Source: Longimicrobiales bacterium
GTDB lineage: Bacteria; Gemmatimonadota; Gemmatimonadetes; Longimicrobiales; Gaopeijiaceae
Reading direction: 5' to 3'
Assembly: GCA_965226375.1 (NCBI GenBank)
Contig: CBDDCX010000007.1
Location: 64,001-128,000, forward strand
Length of the DNA: 64,000 nt
The position numbers and the translations under genes are program-made. Shown here piece after piece: positions 49,899-59,439 of this stretch. How positions within the stretch are numbered: position 1 is the first letter of the stretch; each line of letters opens with the position of its first letter. The notes under the pieces were generated by a model, which had not been told where the DNA came from, made no database searches, and saw nothing but the letters and a program-made list of their open reading frames with translations.

Positions 49899-51025
49899 GA
49901 AGAGTTCTTCGTCAAACCACCCGAGGGTAGTGGGACCGAAGTAGACCTGCCACAGAGCGGGGCCGATGGGTTCGAGCCCGATGAACTCGTTGCCCAGAGC
50001 CGAACTGATGTTGATCCAACGCGAGTGCCAGCGGATGGCTCCGTTTGTAGAGACCTTACGGACCTCGAAGTGCTCAGGGTACTCGATGGGCGGAAGGACG
50101 TCGGGGTAGGCTCTAAGAGCCGATCGGTAGACGGAATGGGGAGTAGCGTCGTCGAGCGCCTCGTGGGGGCGGATGTGATTGAATGTGTGGCGGAAGTCGT
50201 TGAAGTGGCGCTGCTGGGCACTGAGGTTGGCCTTGGGCGGGCGAGTGGCTTCACGCTTGAGGGTCCTGTGCATGCGTTCGTGTCGGCCGTTCTGCTGCGG
50301 CTTACCCGGCTCGATGGTCTCAGGACGGATACCGAGGCGGATCCACCAGGCACTCAGGCGTGTGAGGCGAGCGAGGCCGATGGAAGCGAAGGGCGTACCA
50401 TTGTCGGAGCGGATGACGGCGGGCAGACCGAACTCGCGGAAAGTCCTGATGAACACAGGCTTGGCGAGCTCGATCGACGTGGAATACAGCCCTGTGCACT
50501 CGAGCAGGAACCGGCTGAAGCCGTCCTGGATCGTGAGGGGGTAGCAGTAGCGACCGTTGCGCATCTTGAACTGCCCTTTGAAGTCGACGGTCCAGACCGC
50601 ATTGGGCTCATCCATCGCAGTGAGCGGCTTGCCGGGGTGGCCCGGTTTGCCGGAGCGTCTGCGCTTCTTCGTGATCAGGTCGTGACGCTCGAAGATGCGA
50701 TCGATCGTCCTGCGAGCTGGGGCCGAGCCAAACTTCTCAGCTGTGAGTTTACGGATCTTGCGTGATCCCCATCCGTAGCGCTGACGCAGGTCGACGACGT
50801 GTTCGACGATCGGCTCCTCCACGGGTGTGGGCAGTGATGGGGTCGGCGCGATCGCTCTTGCAGTCCCTCGAATCCCTCTGCGCGGAAGCGATTCCACCAG
50901 GTGTATCCCGCGGTCCTGCTGATACCGTAGCGCCTACAGGACTCGGCGAAACTGAACGTCCGTTGTTGCACTTCGAGGATGAAGCGTACTCTTTGCTCGT
51001 ACATGGTCGACCGGTTCCAGTCCAT
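49899..51025 (-). pseudogene. IS481-family transposase, frameshifted near 50825 and 3'-truncated
   Basis: MDWNRSTMYEQRVRFI HTH in one frame and the DDE core in another; ends at WFDEELF at the IS3 boundary. Confidence 0.85.
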
Positions 51026-51153
51026 CGGGCTCTCCTTGTTGCAGAACCCTGGTTGATAGGAACCTGTCAACCATCAGTGTAGGCCATTGTGTAAAGGATC
51101 AGGGTAGGCTGTACCGTCTCAGATCCTAACATGGCCCTCCACAAGGAGGTGCT

Positions 51154-52272
51154 ATGCCATGGTTGGAGACCGATCCCATGAACGAACGTAAGCGATTCAT
51201 TCTCGAGGCCACGGGTGGCCTATTCTCGCACACCGAGCTCTGCCTGCGCCACGGCGTCAGCCGTAAGACCGGCTACAAGTGGATCGAGCGCTACGAATCC
51301 GAAGGACCTGATGGCCTCGGAGATCGCCCGCATCGTGTCCGGGCGCATCCACACACCACTGAGCCACACGTGGTCGAAGCGGCATTGGAGTTCCGCGGAC
51401 AGCGGCGACGTTGGGGTGCCGACAAGATCCGTGCTCGCCTGCTGACTCTACACCCTGACTGGAGCGTTCCCTCTGCCCGCATCCTCCACAAATACTTCCT
51501 CCGTGAGGGACTCGTGAAGAAGCCGCGCAGGAGTCGTAGGCGTCCGCATCCCGGCAGGCCCACAGCTCCCTTCGACGCACCCAACGCCATCTGGTCGGCT
51601 GACTTCAAGGGTCAGTTTAAGACCCTCGACGGTCGCTACTGCTACCCACTCACCGTCCAGGATGGCTTCAGTCGTTATCTACTCGCCTGCCAGGGGCTCG
51701 AGGGCACTACCTACTCTGCTTCCCGTCGCGTCTTTACTCGCCTTTTCCGCAAGTACGGGCTCCCCGCTCGCATCCGCACCGACAACGGCACCCCCTTCGC
51801 TTCCATCGCCCTCGGCCGACTCTCTCGTCTCTCGGTCTGGTGGATCAAGCTCGGTATCCTGCCCGACCTCATCGAGCCGGCTTCACCCCAGCAGAATGGC
51901 CGTCACGAACGCATGCATAAAGACCTCAAGGCCGAAGCCACCATCCCGCCGGCCGGAAACCGCTCCGCCCAGCAGAAACGCTTCAACGCCTTCCTTACCG
52001 ACTTCAACGAGATCCGGCCCCACGAAGCGCTCGCTCAAAAGCCACCTGTCTCTGCTTATCAACCTTCGACCCGGTCCTTTCCCTCGAAGCTGACCACACC
52101 CGACTACCCTGCTCACTTCGAAGTCCGCAAAGTCTCAACGAACGGAGGAATCCGATGGCACTCACGCTGGATCAACGTCTCTCACCTGCTCGGCGGAGAT
52201 TACATCGGCCTCGAAGAGATCGACCACGACGTCTGGGCCGTCTACTTTGGCCCTGTCTCTCTCGGTTGGATG
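51154..52272 (+). pseudogene. IS481-family transposase (third, more divergent copy), truncated by the group II intron
   Basis: AAGGAGG SD; MPWLETDPMNERKRFI, WSADFKG, TDNGTPF and NGRHERMH; homology ends at LGWM. Confidence 0.88.
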
Positions 52273-54285
52273 ATCGGGATAGGGGAGGACCGGCGATCCC
52301 GGTCTTTCCCCTCCCACACCACCAGGCATGCGGGTCCGCACCTGGCGGTTCGGTGAGTTGAGGTCAGTACGGCGTGAGCCGGGGCACACCCAGCTCGTCG
52401 AAGTACGCCCCTGGCAAGGCCGTGTGCAGGGCGTGGTGCGCGGCCACGTGCCACCAGCTTCGCGCGAACCGAGCAGCTCGCCAGGCGAGGTTCTCGCTCA
52501 CACCGCGAGCCCTCAACTCCCGGTACGCTGTCCTTCCCCGTTTCCACTGGCGTAATTGCAACGTACGCAGCCGGCGGTGGATCCATTGGTCCAGGTCTCG
52601 GAAAACCCCCGGTGTATCCGCTAAGCCGAAGTATGCCTTCCACCCCAGCACGTAGCGCCGTAGCTCTTCCGCCACCTGTTGCAGGCTCCGCCCGCCACTC
52701 CGGCTTGTAATCTGCCGGACTCGCTCCTTGAACTTCGTCAGGGCCTTCTTGCTGACCCGGCGCTTCACGACCTTCCCTGCCGCTACCCAGAAGCTGTAGC
52801 CCAGGAACTGTCGATCCCACACTCGCGCCACCGCGCTCTTTTCCTCGTTGACCTGAAGCCGAAGTTTCCCGTACAAGTGCCTCAGCGCCTGCATCACACG
52901 TTGTCCTGCCCGCCTCGACCGCACGTATACATTGCAGTCATCGGCGTACCGGACAAACGCGTGTCCGCGTAGCTCCAACTCCTTGTCCACTTCGTCCAGG
53001 AGCACGTTCGCCAGCAACGGCGACAACGGTCCGCCCTGAGGCGTCCCCATGTGCCGCTCCATCACCACCCCGTTCGCCATGACTCCGGCTTCCAGGTAGC
53101 GACGGAGGATCCGCAGCATCGCCTTATCCTCGATCCGCTTTGCCAGCCGCCCCATCAGCACGTCGTGGTTCACCCGGTCGAAAAACTTCTCCAGGTCCAC
53201 ATCCACCACCCATCGTCTCCCTTCCTGGATGTATTGCTGCGCTTCGCGCACCGCATCGTGTGCTCGGCGCCCAGGCCGGAAGCCGTGGCTGTGCCGACTG
53301 AACGTCGGGTCGAACCTCGGTTGCAGCTGTGTGGCCTATCTACTACCTGTCCCCACCTCCGGGAGCAGGATTGGCACACCTCTGACGAAGCGTTCGGGAT
53401 GTTGCTTCGAGCACGGATTTCCTGCATGACCTGATCGGCGTTTGGACCTTGTTAGCATGAACCGGTCCAGCACGGTCGGAATCCCCAACTCCCGGACCCC
53501 TCCCCCACTCTTCGGTATCTCCTGCCTTCGTACCGGCTTCGGTTGGTAGGTCCCCGCCAGCAACCGCTGTCGGATCTCCCCCCAGTGCCTGCGCAAGTAC
53601 TCTGGCAGCTCCTCCACGCTCATCCCGTCGATGCCCGGACTGCCCTTATTCTGCCGCACGCGTTTCAACGCTCCTACGAGGTTGGCACGCCCGACCACCT
53701 CCTCCATCAGGAGATGCTCGCTTCCTGAGCGCTCGTCTCCATGGGCCACCGTTCCGGCTTCGCCACTCCCCTCTACCTTCGGGGCTTCACCCCTATCCTC
53801 CAGCGGGAGCTCCAGTTGCCTGGACTCCTGGCGCATGGCCTTCTCGAGATCCACGGTCGTCACACTCTCCTCTCCGTTCGGCCCTTCGTCCGACAAAGCT
53901 GGGTCCAAGCGCATCATGCACTTCGTCGGCCTACTGGCGCATGGCCTCTGCTGACTTCTCGCTCCGCCGGCAGGCCCAACAGCGCAATGCCGGCGTCGCC
54001 CTTTCAGGCGTCAGGCGAGACCTCCCCGGGTAAGAACGATGACCTTCCCCGCACAATCGCCGGATCTACGCCGCTTCCCCTTGGTCGCAGGAGCTTCGCG
54101 GTCAGTGGTCCGCTCGCCCCGGTCCGCAGCACCTCGTATCCGGTTCCTGTTCGTCGACTCACGGGTTCGTTTCACGCTTCGTTCAGCGTACGCCTCACGA
54201 CGAACGCCTTGCGCTTCCCTTCGGTCCCTGCGACCAGGTTCCGGGAGGACTTTCACCTCCAAGTCATCGCCCATGCCGGGCCCAC
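52273..54285 (-). mobile_element. Class C (IIC) group II intron
   Basis: 5' end GTGGGCCCGGCATGGGCG at 54285, just downstream of a hairpin. Short domain V GAACCGCCAGGTGCGGACCCGCATGCCTGGTGGTGTG at 52315-52351. Domain VI ends CCTATCCCGAT. Confidence 0.9.
52364..53863 (-). pseudogene. ltrA: Group II intron reverse transcriptase/maturase, interrupted by a 129-bp insert carrying a stop codon
   Basis: NKGSPGIDGM, IPKSGGGVRELGIPTVLDR, DLEKFFD, GTPQGGPLSPLLAN and RYADD; no endonuclease domain; TAG at 53336-53338. Confidence 0.9.
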
Positions 54286-54293
54286 CACGACCG

Positions 54294-54321
54294 AAGACGT
54301 CGACCGATTGGTCGATGTCCT
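54294..54321. other. Stem-loop immediately upstream of the intron 5' end (typical IIC target structure)
   Basis: AAGACGTCGACC-GATT-GGTCGATGTCCT. Confidence 0.7.
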
Positions 54322-54330
54322 GAACAACGT

Positions 54331-54398
54331 CTAGTGTGGTGCTACAGAAACTCGCGAGCCACCTAGAGGGCCGAGACACTTCTGTAACACCACATTGG
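54331..54398. mobile_element. 68-bp MITE-like/IS630-like end remnant
   Basis: Inverted repeats CTAGTGTGGTGCTACAGAA and TTCTGTAACACCACATTGG (16/19). Confidence 0.45.
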
Positions 54399-54437
54399 GT
54401 GCATAGTCCGACGCACTCTGAACCGAGGCGATATCCC

Positions 54438-56021
54438 ATGCGTTCTTTGCTCCGCATCCTGGTTTTCTCTCTGGCCGCCCTGTCCTTCGGATGGATCGAG
54501 TCCGCAGCCCAGACGGCGCCGTCGGTCGATCTGGACATGGTTGCCCGCATCCGCGAGGAGGGGCTCCAGCGCTCCCAACTCCCGAACACCTTCTCCTACA
54601 TGACCGACGTGTTGGGTGCCCGGCTCACGAACTCCCGTGACATGAATCGCGCACAGGATTGGGTTCTCGGGGAGCTGAAGGAGATCGGGCTGGAGAACGC
54701 GGCCCGCGAGCCGTTCATGGACTACGGGATGAGCTGGGACAACGAGTACGTGTCTCTGCATCTCATGGAGCCCGACTACACTCCCATGGTCGGATACCCG
54801 ATCGCGCACACGCCCAGCACCGACGGGAAGCAGCGCCTCGAGGTCGTGATTGCCGACGTGCAGACGCGGCAAGACCTGGAGCGCTACCGCGGCCGGCTCC
54901 GCGGGCTGGCCGTGCTCAGCTCTCCACCGCCGCGGATCGACCAGACACGATTCGTCACCGGTACTCCGCGGCGCACAGACCAGGAACTACGGGCTCTCGA
55001 GGAGGACGTCATGCTCCCGGCGGCGAGCCCAGATGACCATTTCTCCCGACTCTATCCCGACCGCCCCCAAAACCCGAACATTCTCACCGCAGAAGAGCGG
55101 CTGCTTTTCTACGTGGCCGAGGGCGTATCGGTCGTGCTGGAGTCGCGGAGCGGTTGGCCGGGAGCGGTGCGAGGGTTCGCCAGGCCAGGTGCCAAGATCG
55201 ATCGCTGGGCACGCGATGTGACGCTCTCTGCGGTGCCGGTCGTTGCGGTCACACCCGAGCACTACAACCGGATGTACCGCATTCTCAAGCGCGACATCCC
55301 CGTCGAAATCGAAGTCGAGGTCCGCAACACCCACGGCGAGCGGGTGACCGAAGCCAACAACGTTGTGGGAGAGATTCGAGGCACCGACCTCGCGGACGAG
55401 GTTGTGATGCTCGGCGCACATTTCGACACATGGCACGCCAGCCCCAACGCCAGCGACAATACGTCCGGTGTGGCCGTGATGATAGAGGCGATGCGCATTC
55501 TCAAGGCGGTGGGCGCTCAACCGCGGCGAACGATTCGCATCGCACTATGGTCCGGTGAGGAGCAGGGGCTGTGGGGATCGCGCGCCTATGTGAAGGAGCA
55601 TTTCGGGGATCCCAACGACTCCAGCGTAGGGGTCACTCCCGACTACGAGAAGTTCTCCGTGTATTTCAACCAGGACTACGGACCCGGCGTCTATCGGGGC
55701 ATCTTCCTGGAGGGAAACGAGCACGTGCGGCGGACGTTCGCGGCGTGGATGGAGCCGCTCAGCGATATGGGGATGAAGACCATCTCGGTGCAGAGCCGGG
55801 GCAGCACCGACCATGTGCCGTTCAACGCGGTGGGCCTGCCGGGCTTCCAGTTCCTGCAGGCCCGTGTAGGCGGCACGGGCGGTCATACGAACATGGACTT
55901 CTTCGATACGATCCCTGTGGAGGATCTGATGAAGAACGCCGTCATCATGGCCACTTTTGTGTACCATGCGGCGACGATTGATGAGCGGATTCCGCGGAAG
56001 GGGATGGCCGGGGGAGAGTAG
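54438..56021 (+). CDS. M28 family metallopeptidase, secreted
   Basis: GAHFDTW, ASDN, WSGEEQGL.GS, STDH and GHTNMD; signal peptide. Confidence 0.9.
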   Translation: MRSLLRILVFSLAALSFGWIESAAQTAPSVDLDMVARIREEGLQRSQLPNTFSYMTDVLGARLTNSRDMNRAQDWVLGELKEIGLENAAREPFMDYGMSWDNEYVSLHLMEPDYTPMVGYPIAHTPSTDGKQRLEVVIADVQTRQDLERYRGRLRGLAVLSSPPPRIDQTRFVTGTPRRTDQELRALEEDVMLPAASPDDHFSRLYPDRPQNPNILTAEERLLFYVAEGVSVVLESRSGWPGAVRGFARPGAKIDRWARDVTLSAVPVVAVTPEHYNRMYRILKRDIPVEIEVEVRNTHGERVTEANNVVGEIRGTDLADEVVMLGAHFDTWHASPNASDNTSGVAVMIEAMRILKAVGAQPRRTIRIALWSGEEQGLWGSRAYVKEHFGDPNDSSVGVTPDYEKFSVYFNQDYGPGVYRGIFLEGNEHVRRTFAAWMEPLSDMGMKTISVQSRGSTDHVPFNAVGLPGFQFLQARVGGTGGHTNMDFFDTIPVEDLMKNAVIMATFVYHAATIDERIPRKGMAGGE

Positions 56022-56159
56022 GAAACGGAGGTTTTGCGCCCCCGACGAACCTTTTCGGTGTGCCGCGAGTTCTTAATAGTACGTCACGATCCACGGCCAC
56101 TGTAGCATTGAGACGACCCGCTTCCGCCGACCTGCGGTTGGCGCACGATCAGAGGAATC

Positions 56160-57224
56160 ATGGCCAACGTCATTCTCCCGCCGGGGTGGCGCATCCCGGA
56201 CCGCGAAGCGTCACCGGACTCGGTGTTCTTCAACCGCCGAGCGTTTCTGAAGAAGTCGGGACTTGGGATTGCAGCGTTCGGTCTCGGTGCTTGCGGTTCT
56301 GAGTTCACGCCGGCCGAGCTGGACCAGACTCCGGACGCCCCGCTCGCCGGTATCGGATGTGACGGCCCCTCCATTCTCCATCCTCTTCAGCCCATCTGCT
56401 CCTCGCCCAATGCGAATCTCTACCCCGCGCTGCGAAATCCGGCCTTCGACACTCCGTCAGGCGGCTTGACCGCACGCCTTTCGGCGGCGGTGCACAACAA
56501 CTTCTACGAGTTCATAGGCACGTTGGACAACGTCAACCTGGTCTGGCCCTATACGGGCCCGTTCAACGTGTGGCCCTGGAGCGTGGAGGTCGTGGGCGAG
56601 GCGGAGGTGACAGGGGTGTTCGACGTCTCCGACTTGGAAAGAGAATTCGGGCTCGAAGAGCGTGTATATCGGCACCGTTGCGTCGAGCGTTGGTCGATGA
56701 TCGTGCCGTGGGTCGGCTATCCGCTGGCCAAGCTCATCGACAAGTTCAGGCCGCTGTCCTCGGCCAACTACGTCCGATTCGTATCTTTCAATCGACCGGA
56801 AGAGGCCGTCGGTCAACGCATTCAGCCGGGCCTCCCCTGGCCGTTCTATGAGGCGCTTCGATTGGATGAGGCGAGGAATGAGCTCGCTTTCGTCGTGACG
56901 GGGGTCTACGGCGAGCCATTGCCCAAGCAGCACGGGGCGCCGTGGCGCCTTGCCCTCCCGTGGAAGTACGGCTTCAAGAGCCCGAAATCCATCGTGCGGA
57001 TCGAGTTCATCGAGCAGGAGCCGTCGACCTTTTGGAGTGACATTCAGCCCACGGAGTATGGCTTCTACTCGAACGTGAACCCCGACGTCCCGCATCCGCG
57101 TTGGTCACAGCAGTGGGAGACGCCCCTGGGCACCACGGCCGTGATAGACACGCAACTCTTCAACGGATACCAGAGTTACGTATCGGACCTCTATGACCCG
57201 GAGTTGCTTACGTACATCAGTTGA
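56160..57224 (+). CDS. msrP: Protein-methionine-sulfoxide reductase catalytic subunit (molybdoenzyme)
   Basis: Tat motif NRRAFLK; NNFYEF, ERVYRHRCVE.WSM, HGAP.RL..PWKYGFKS.KSI and HPRWSQ. Confidence 0.93.
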   Translation: MANVILPPGWRIPDREASPDSVFFNRRAFLKKSGLGIAAFGLGACGSEFTPAELDQTPDAPLAGIGCDGPSILHPLQPICSSPNANLYPALRNPAFDTPSGGLTARLSAAVHNNFYEFIGTLDNVNLVWPYTGPFNVWPWSVEVVGEAEVTGVFDVSDLEREFGLEERVYRHRCVERWSMIVPWVGYPLAKLIDKFRPLSSANYVRFVSFNRPEEAVGQRIQPGLPWPFYEALRLDEARNELAFVVTGVYGEPLPKQHGAPWRLALPWKYGFKSPKSIVRIEFIEQEPSTFWSDIQPTEYGFYSNVNPDVPHPRWSQQWETPLGTTAVIDTQLFNGYQSYVSDLYDPELLTYIS

Positions 57225-58098
57225 CCGGGTTGGCCGGACCTCGAGACCAGAAGTCGATGCGCGTGAAGTACCCGACGACCAAGTCGGCGCCGGCCGGGAG
57301 GTTCTTTCCGGCCAGCGGCAGGCGGGTGCCGATCTCGAACTGACCGGGACCGGCCGGAATGAGGAGGGACGGGCTCAGCCGAAGCATTTCCCGTTTGGCT
57401 CCCGGTGCCGGTAGGCCGTCGAATATCGGCGTTTTCCCGTACCATCCGTCGAAGGCCACCTTGTAGCCGATCGGGCCGAGCTCCCCGCCGACCGCCGCAT
57501 AGAAAAACCGCTCGTCGCCAAAGGCCTGATCGTCATCCGGTGATGGCTCTCGCCAACGATAGCCGATCCAGGCCGCCACGTAGGTGGGGTTCGGATAGAA
57601 CGAGTGGCCCAACTCGAGCATCAACTCCCAGTCTCGCTGGCCATCTCCGAGAGGAATGAGGTTGGTACCCACGTCGAAGTCGCCCACCGGTAGCTTCACG
57701 CCGGCGCGGATCGCGACGGGCGTGCTCATGCCGAACAGGCGCAGTGGACTGGCTCGCGCGTAGAGGCGAACGTCCCCGGGGCCAGTAGAGGTCCGCTGTC
57801 CGAGCACGTCGTCGAAACGCAGGCGGTTGAAGGAGAATTGGGCCCAAGCGTCGACCCCGTCGACCAATCCGAGCGCTGTGGTCAGGAAGGTCGAGTTACC
57901 GACAGCATGCCCGTCTGCCGGGAACGGGCCCTGGTCGCCCTCGAAATTGTACACCTGCTCGGTGTCCTGATGGTAGAACGTGAGGGACGTCCACCCCTTG
58001 CCGGGCGGCTCGATCCACTGGGCTGAAATCGAGACAGGCACCGCGGCGCCACTGAGGCTGAGTACTGCAGACACGACCGCGATCCCCGGAACGCGCAT
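57217..58098 (-). CDS. Secreted/outer-membrane hypothetical protein (beta-barrel-like)
   Basis: Signal peptide ending SAQW; GPGDVRL, GVKLPVG and LGDGQRD; alternating beta pattern. Confidence 0.65.
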   Translation of the reverse strand: MRVPGIAVVSAVLSLSGAAVPVSISAQWIEPPGKGWTSLTFYHQDTEQVYNFEGDQGPFPADGHAVGNSTFLTTALGLVDGVDAWAQFSFNRLRFDDVLGQRTSTGPGDVRLYARASPLRLFGMSTPVAIRAGVKLPVGDFDVGTNLIPLGDGQRDWELMLELGHSFYPNPTYVAAWIGYRWREPSPDDDQAFGDERFFYAAVGGELGPIGYKVAFDGWYGKTPIFDGLPAPGAKREMLRLSPSLLIPAGPGQFEIGTRLPLAGKNLPAGADLVVGYFTRIDFWSRGPANPVN

Positions 58099-58301
58099 CC
58101 GTCTCGTGAGTTCCGCCGTATCGCCGCACCATTCTCCAGCCAGATTCACGACATGGTTTCCAATGGAAGGGCTTTCGGAACGGGCCCTTGCCTTGTGAGG
58201 ACGGAGGTCGGGACGCACCCTGATACGCTCGGCGGGAGCAGGGGTTTCCTTTAGCTACTAACTCCGCCCGAAGTGGACGCCACGACCGACCGACGGAGAC
58301 G

Positions 58302-59426
58302 ATGGCAGAACCCCTGAAGAACTCGTTCGGACCCGACGTACCGGTCTGGATTGCCGACATGATCGCCATCGTCTACTCCGACTTCGATCGTGCGTCGTTT
58401 CTCGAGGTCACGCTCGACGGGTTCGAGGACCTCGAGTTGACGTCCAGGGCCAGGCACATCTCGGCGGCGCTCGCCGAGCACCTTCCCGGGGATCGCGAGC
58501 GCGCGATAGAGATCCTGATCGACTCCTTGGACCATGAGGTCGAAGGAGTCGGGTCGGGAAGTGTCGGGTTAGCCGGTATGGAGTCGTTCCGGTATCTGCC
58601 GTTCGTGTTCTTCGTAGCGGACTACGGGCTCGACTGTTTCGAGACCTCCACGCGGGCGCAGTACGAGCTCACGCAGCGCTTCACCGCCGAGTTCAGTGTG
58701 CGCGCCTACCTTGATCGGTATCCCGAAAGGACCCTCAGGCGGCTCGGCGAGTGGGCGGTGGATCCGAACGTCCACGTGCGCAGGCTTGTCTCCGAAGGCA
58801 CCCGCCCTCGACTTCCGTGGGCGCCTCGTCTTCGACGTTTCCAGGAGGAGCCGGCGCCCGTGCTCGATCTTCTCGAGCGTCTCAAAGATGATCCCGAGGA
58901 GTACGTGCGCCGCTCGGTGGCCAACAATCTCAACGACATCTCCAAGGACCACCCTGCCCGCGTCGTGGAGGTGGCGAGGCGTTGGTGGAAGGACGGGAGT
59001 GCCGACCGGAAGCGACTCGTGCGTCACGCGCTTCGAACACTCGTGAAGGCCGGCGACGAGCGTGCGCTGACGGTGCTCGGCTACGCGCCGGACACGGCTG
59101 CCTCGATTCGCACGGTGGCGTGCTCGCCGGAGACCGTCGAGATCGGCGGCAAGGTGCGGATCGAGGTCGAGGTCGAGAACCTCTCCGACGAGGAGGTCCC
59201 GGTGCTGATCGATCTCCGCGTGCACTTCGTGAAGGCGAACGGATCGACGAGTCCCAAGGTGTTCAAGGGAGCGATGCTGACGTTGGAGCCGGGTGGAGCC
59301 ACCACCGTGCGGAAGACAATCTCGTTGGCTCAGCACTCGACCCGCAAGCACTACCCGGGCCCCCATCGGTTCGAGGTCATGATCAATGGGAGCACGCACC
59401 CGGGGGCGGGGTTCGAGCTCCTTTGA
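58302..59426 (+). CDS. DNA alkylation repair protein (AlkC/AlkD HEAT-like) with C-terminal Ig-like domain
   Basis: FTAEFSVR, HVRRLVSEGTRPRLPW, YVRRSVANNLNDISKDHP and TRKHYPG. Confidence 0.9.
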   Translation: MAEPLKNSFGPDVPVWIADMIAIVYSDFDRASFLEVTLDGFEDLELTSRARHISAALAEHLPGDRERAIEILIDSLDHEVEGVGSGSVGLAGMESFRYLPFVFFVADYGLDCFETSTRAQYELTQRFTAEFSVRAYLDRYPERTLRRLGEWAVDPNVHVRRLVSEGTRPRLPWAPRLRRFQEEPAPVLDLLERLKDDPEEYVRRSVANNLNDISKDHPARVVEVARRWWKDGSADRKRLVRHALRTLVKAGDERALTVLGYAPDTAASIRTVACSPETVEIGGKVRIEVEVENLSDEEVPVLIDLRVHFVKANGSTSPKVFKGAMLTLEPGGATTVRKTISLAQHSTRKHYPGPHRFEVMINGSTHPGAGFELL

Positions 59427-59439
59427 GTAGGAGTGGTAA

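Larger units (their letters stand above)
47427..51115 (-). mobile_element. Composite IS481-family structure: two partial transposase copies bracketing an IS3-family element
   Basis: About 50-bp imperfect inverted repeats at 47427-47478 and 51064-51115, each with two CTGAT-N-ACA subrepeats. Confidence 0.75.

Noticed and set aside
44190..53863. Diversity-generating retroelement (RT near a variable LRR gene)
   Set aside because: The RT has group II motifs (GTPQGG, YADD) inside a ribozyme with domains V and VI. I found no TR/VR pair differing only at adenines and no avd-like gene.
52364..54285. Retron or defence-associated RT
   Set aside because: It is embedded in class C intron RNA, with no retron VTG motif and no effector gene.
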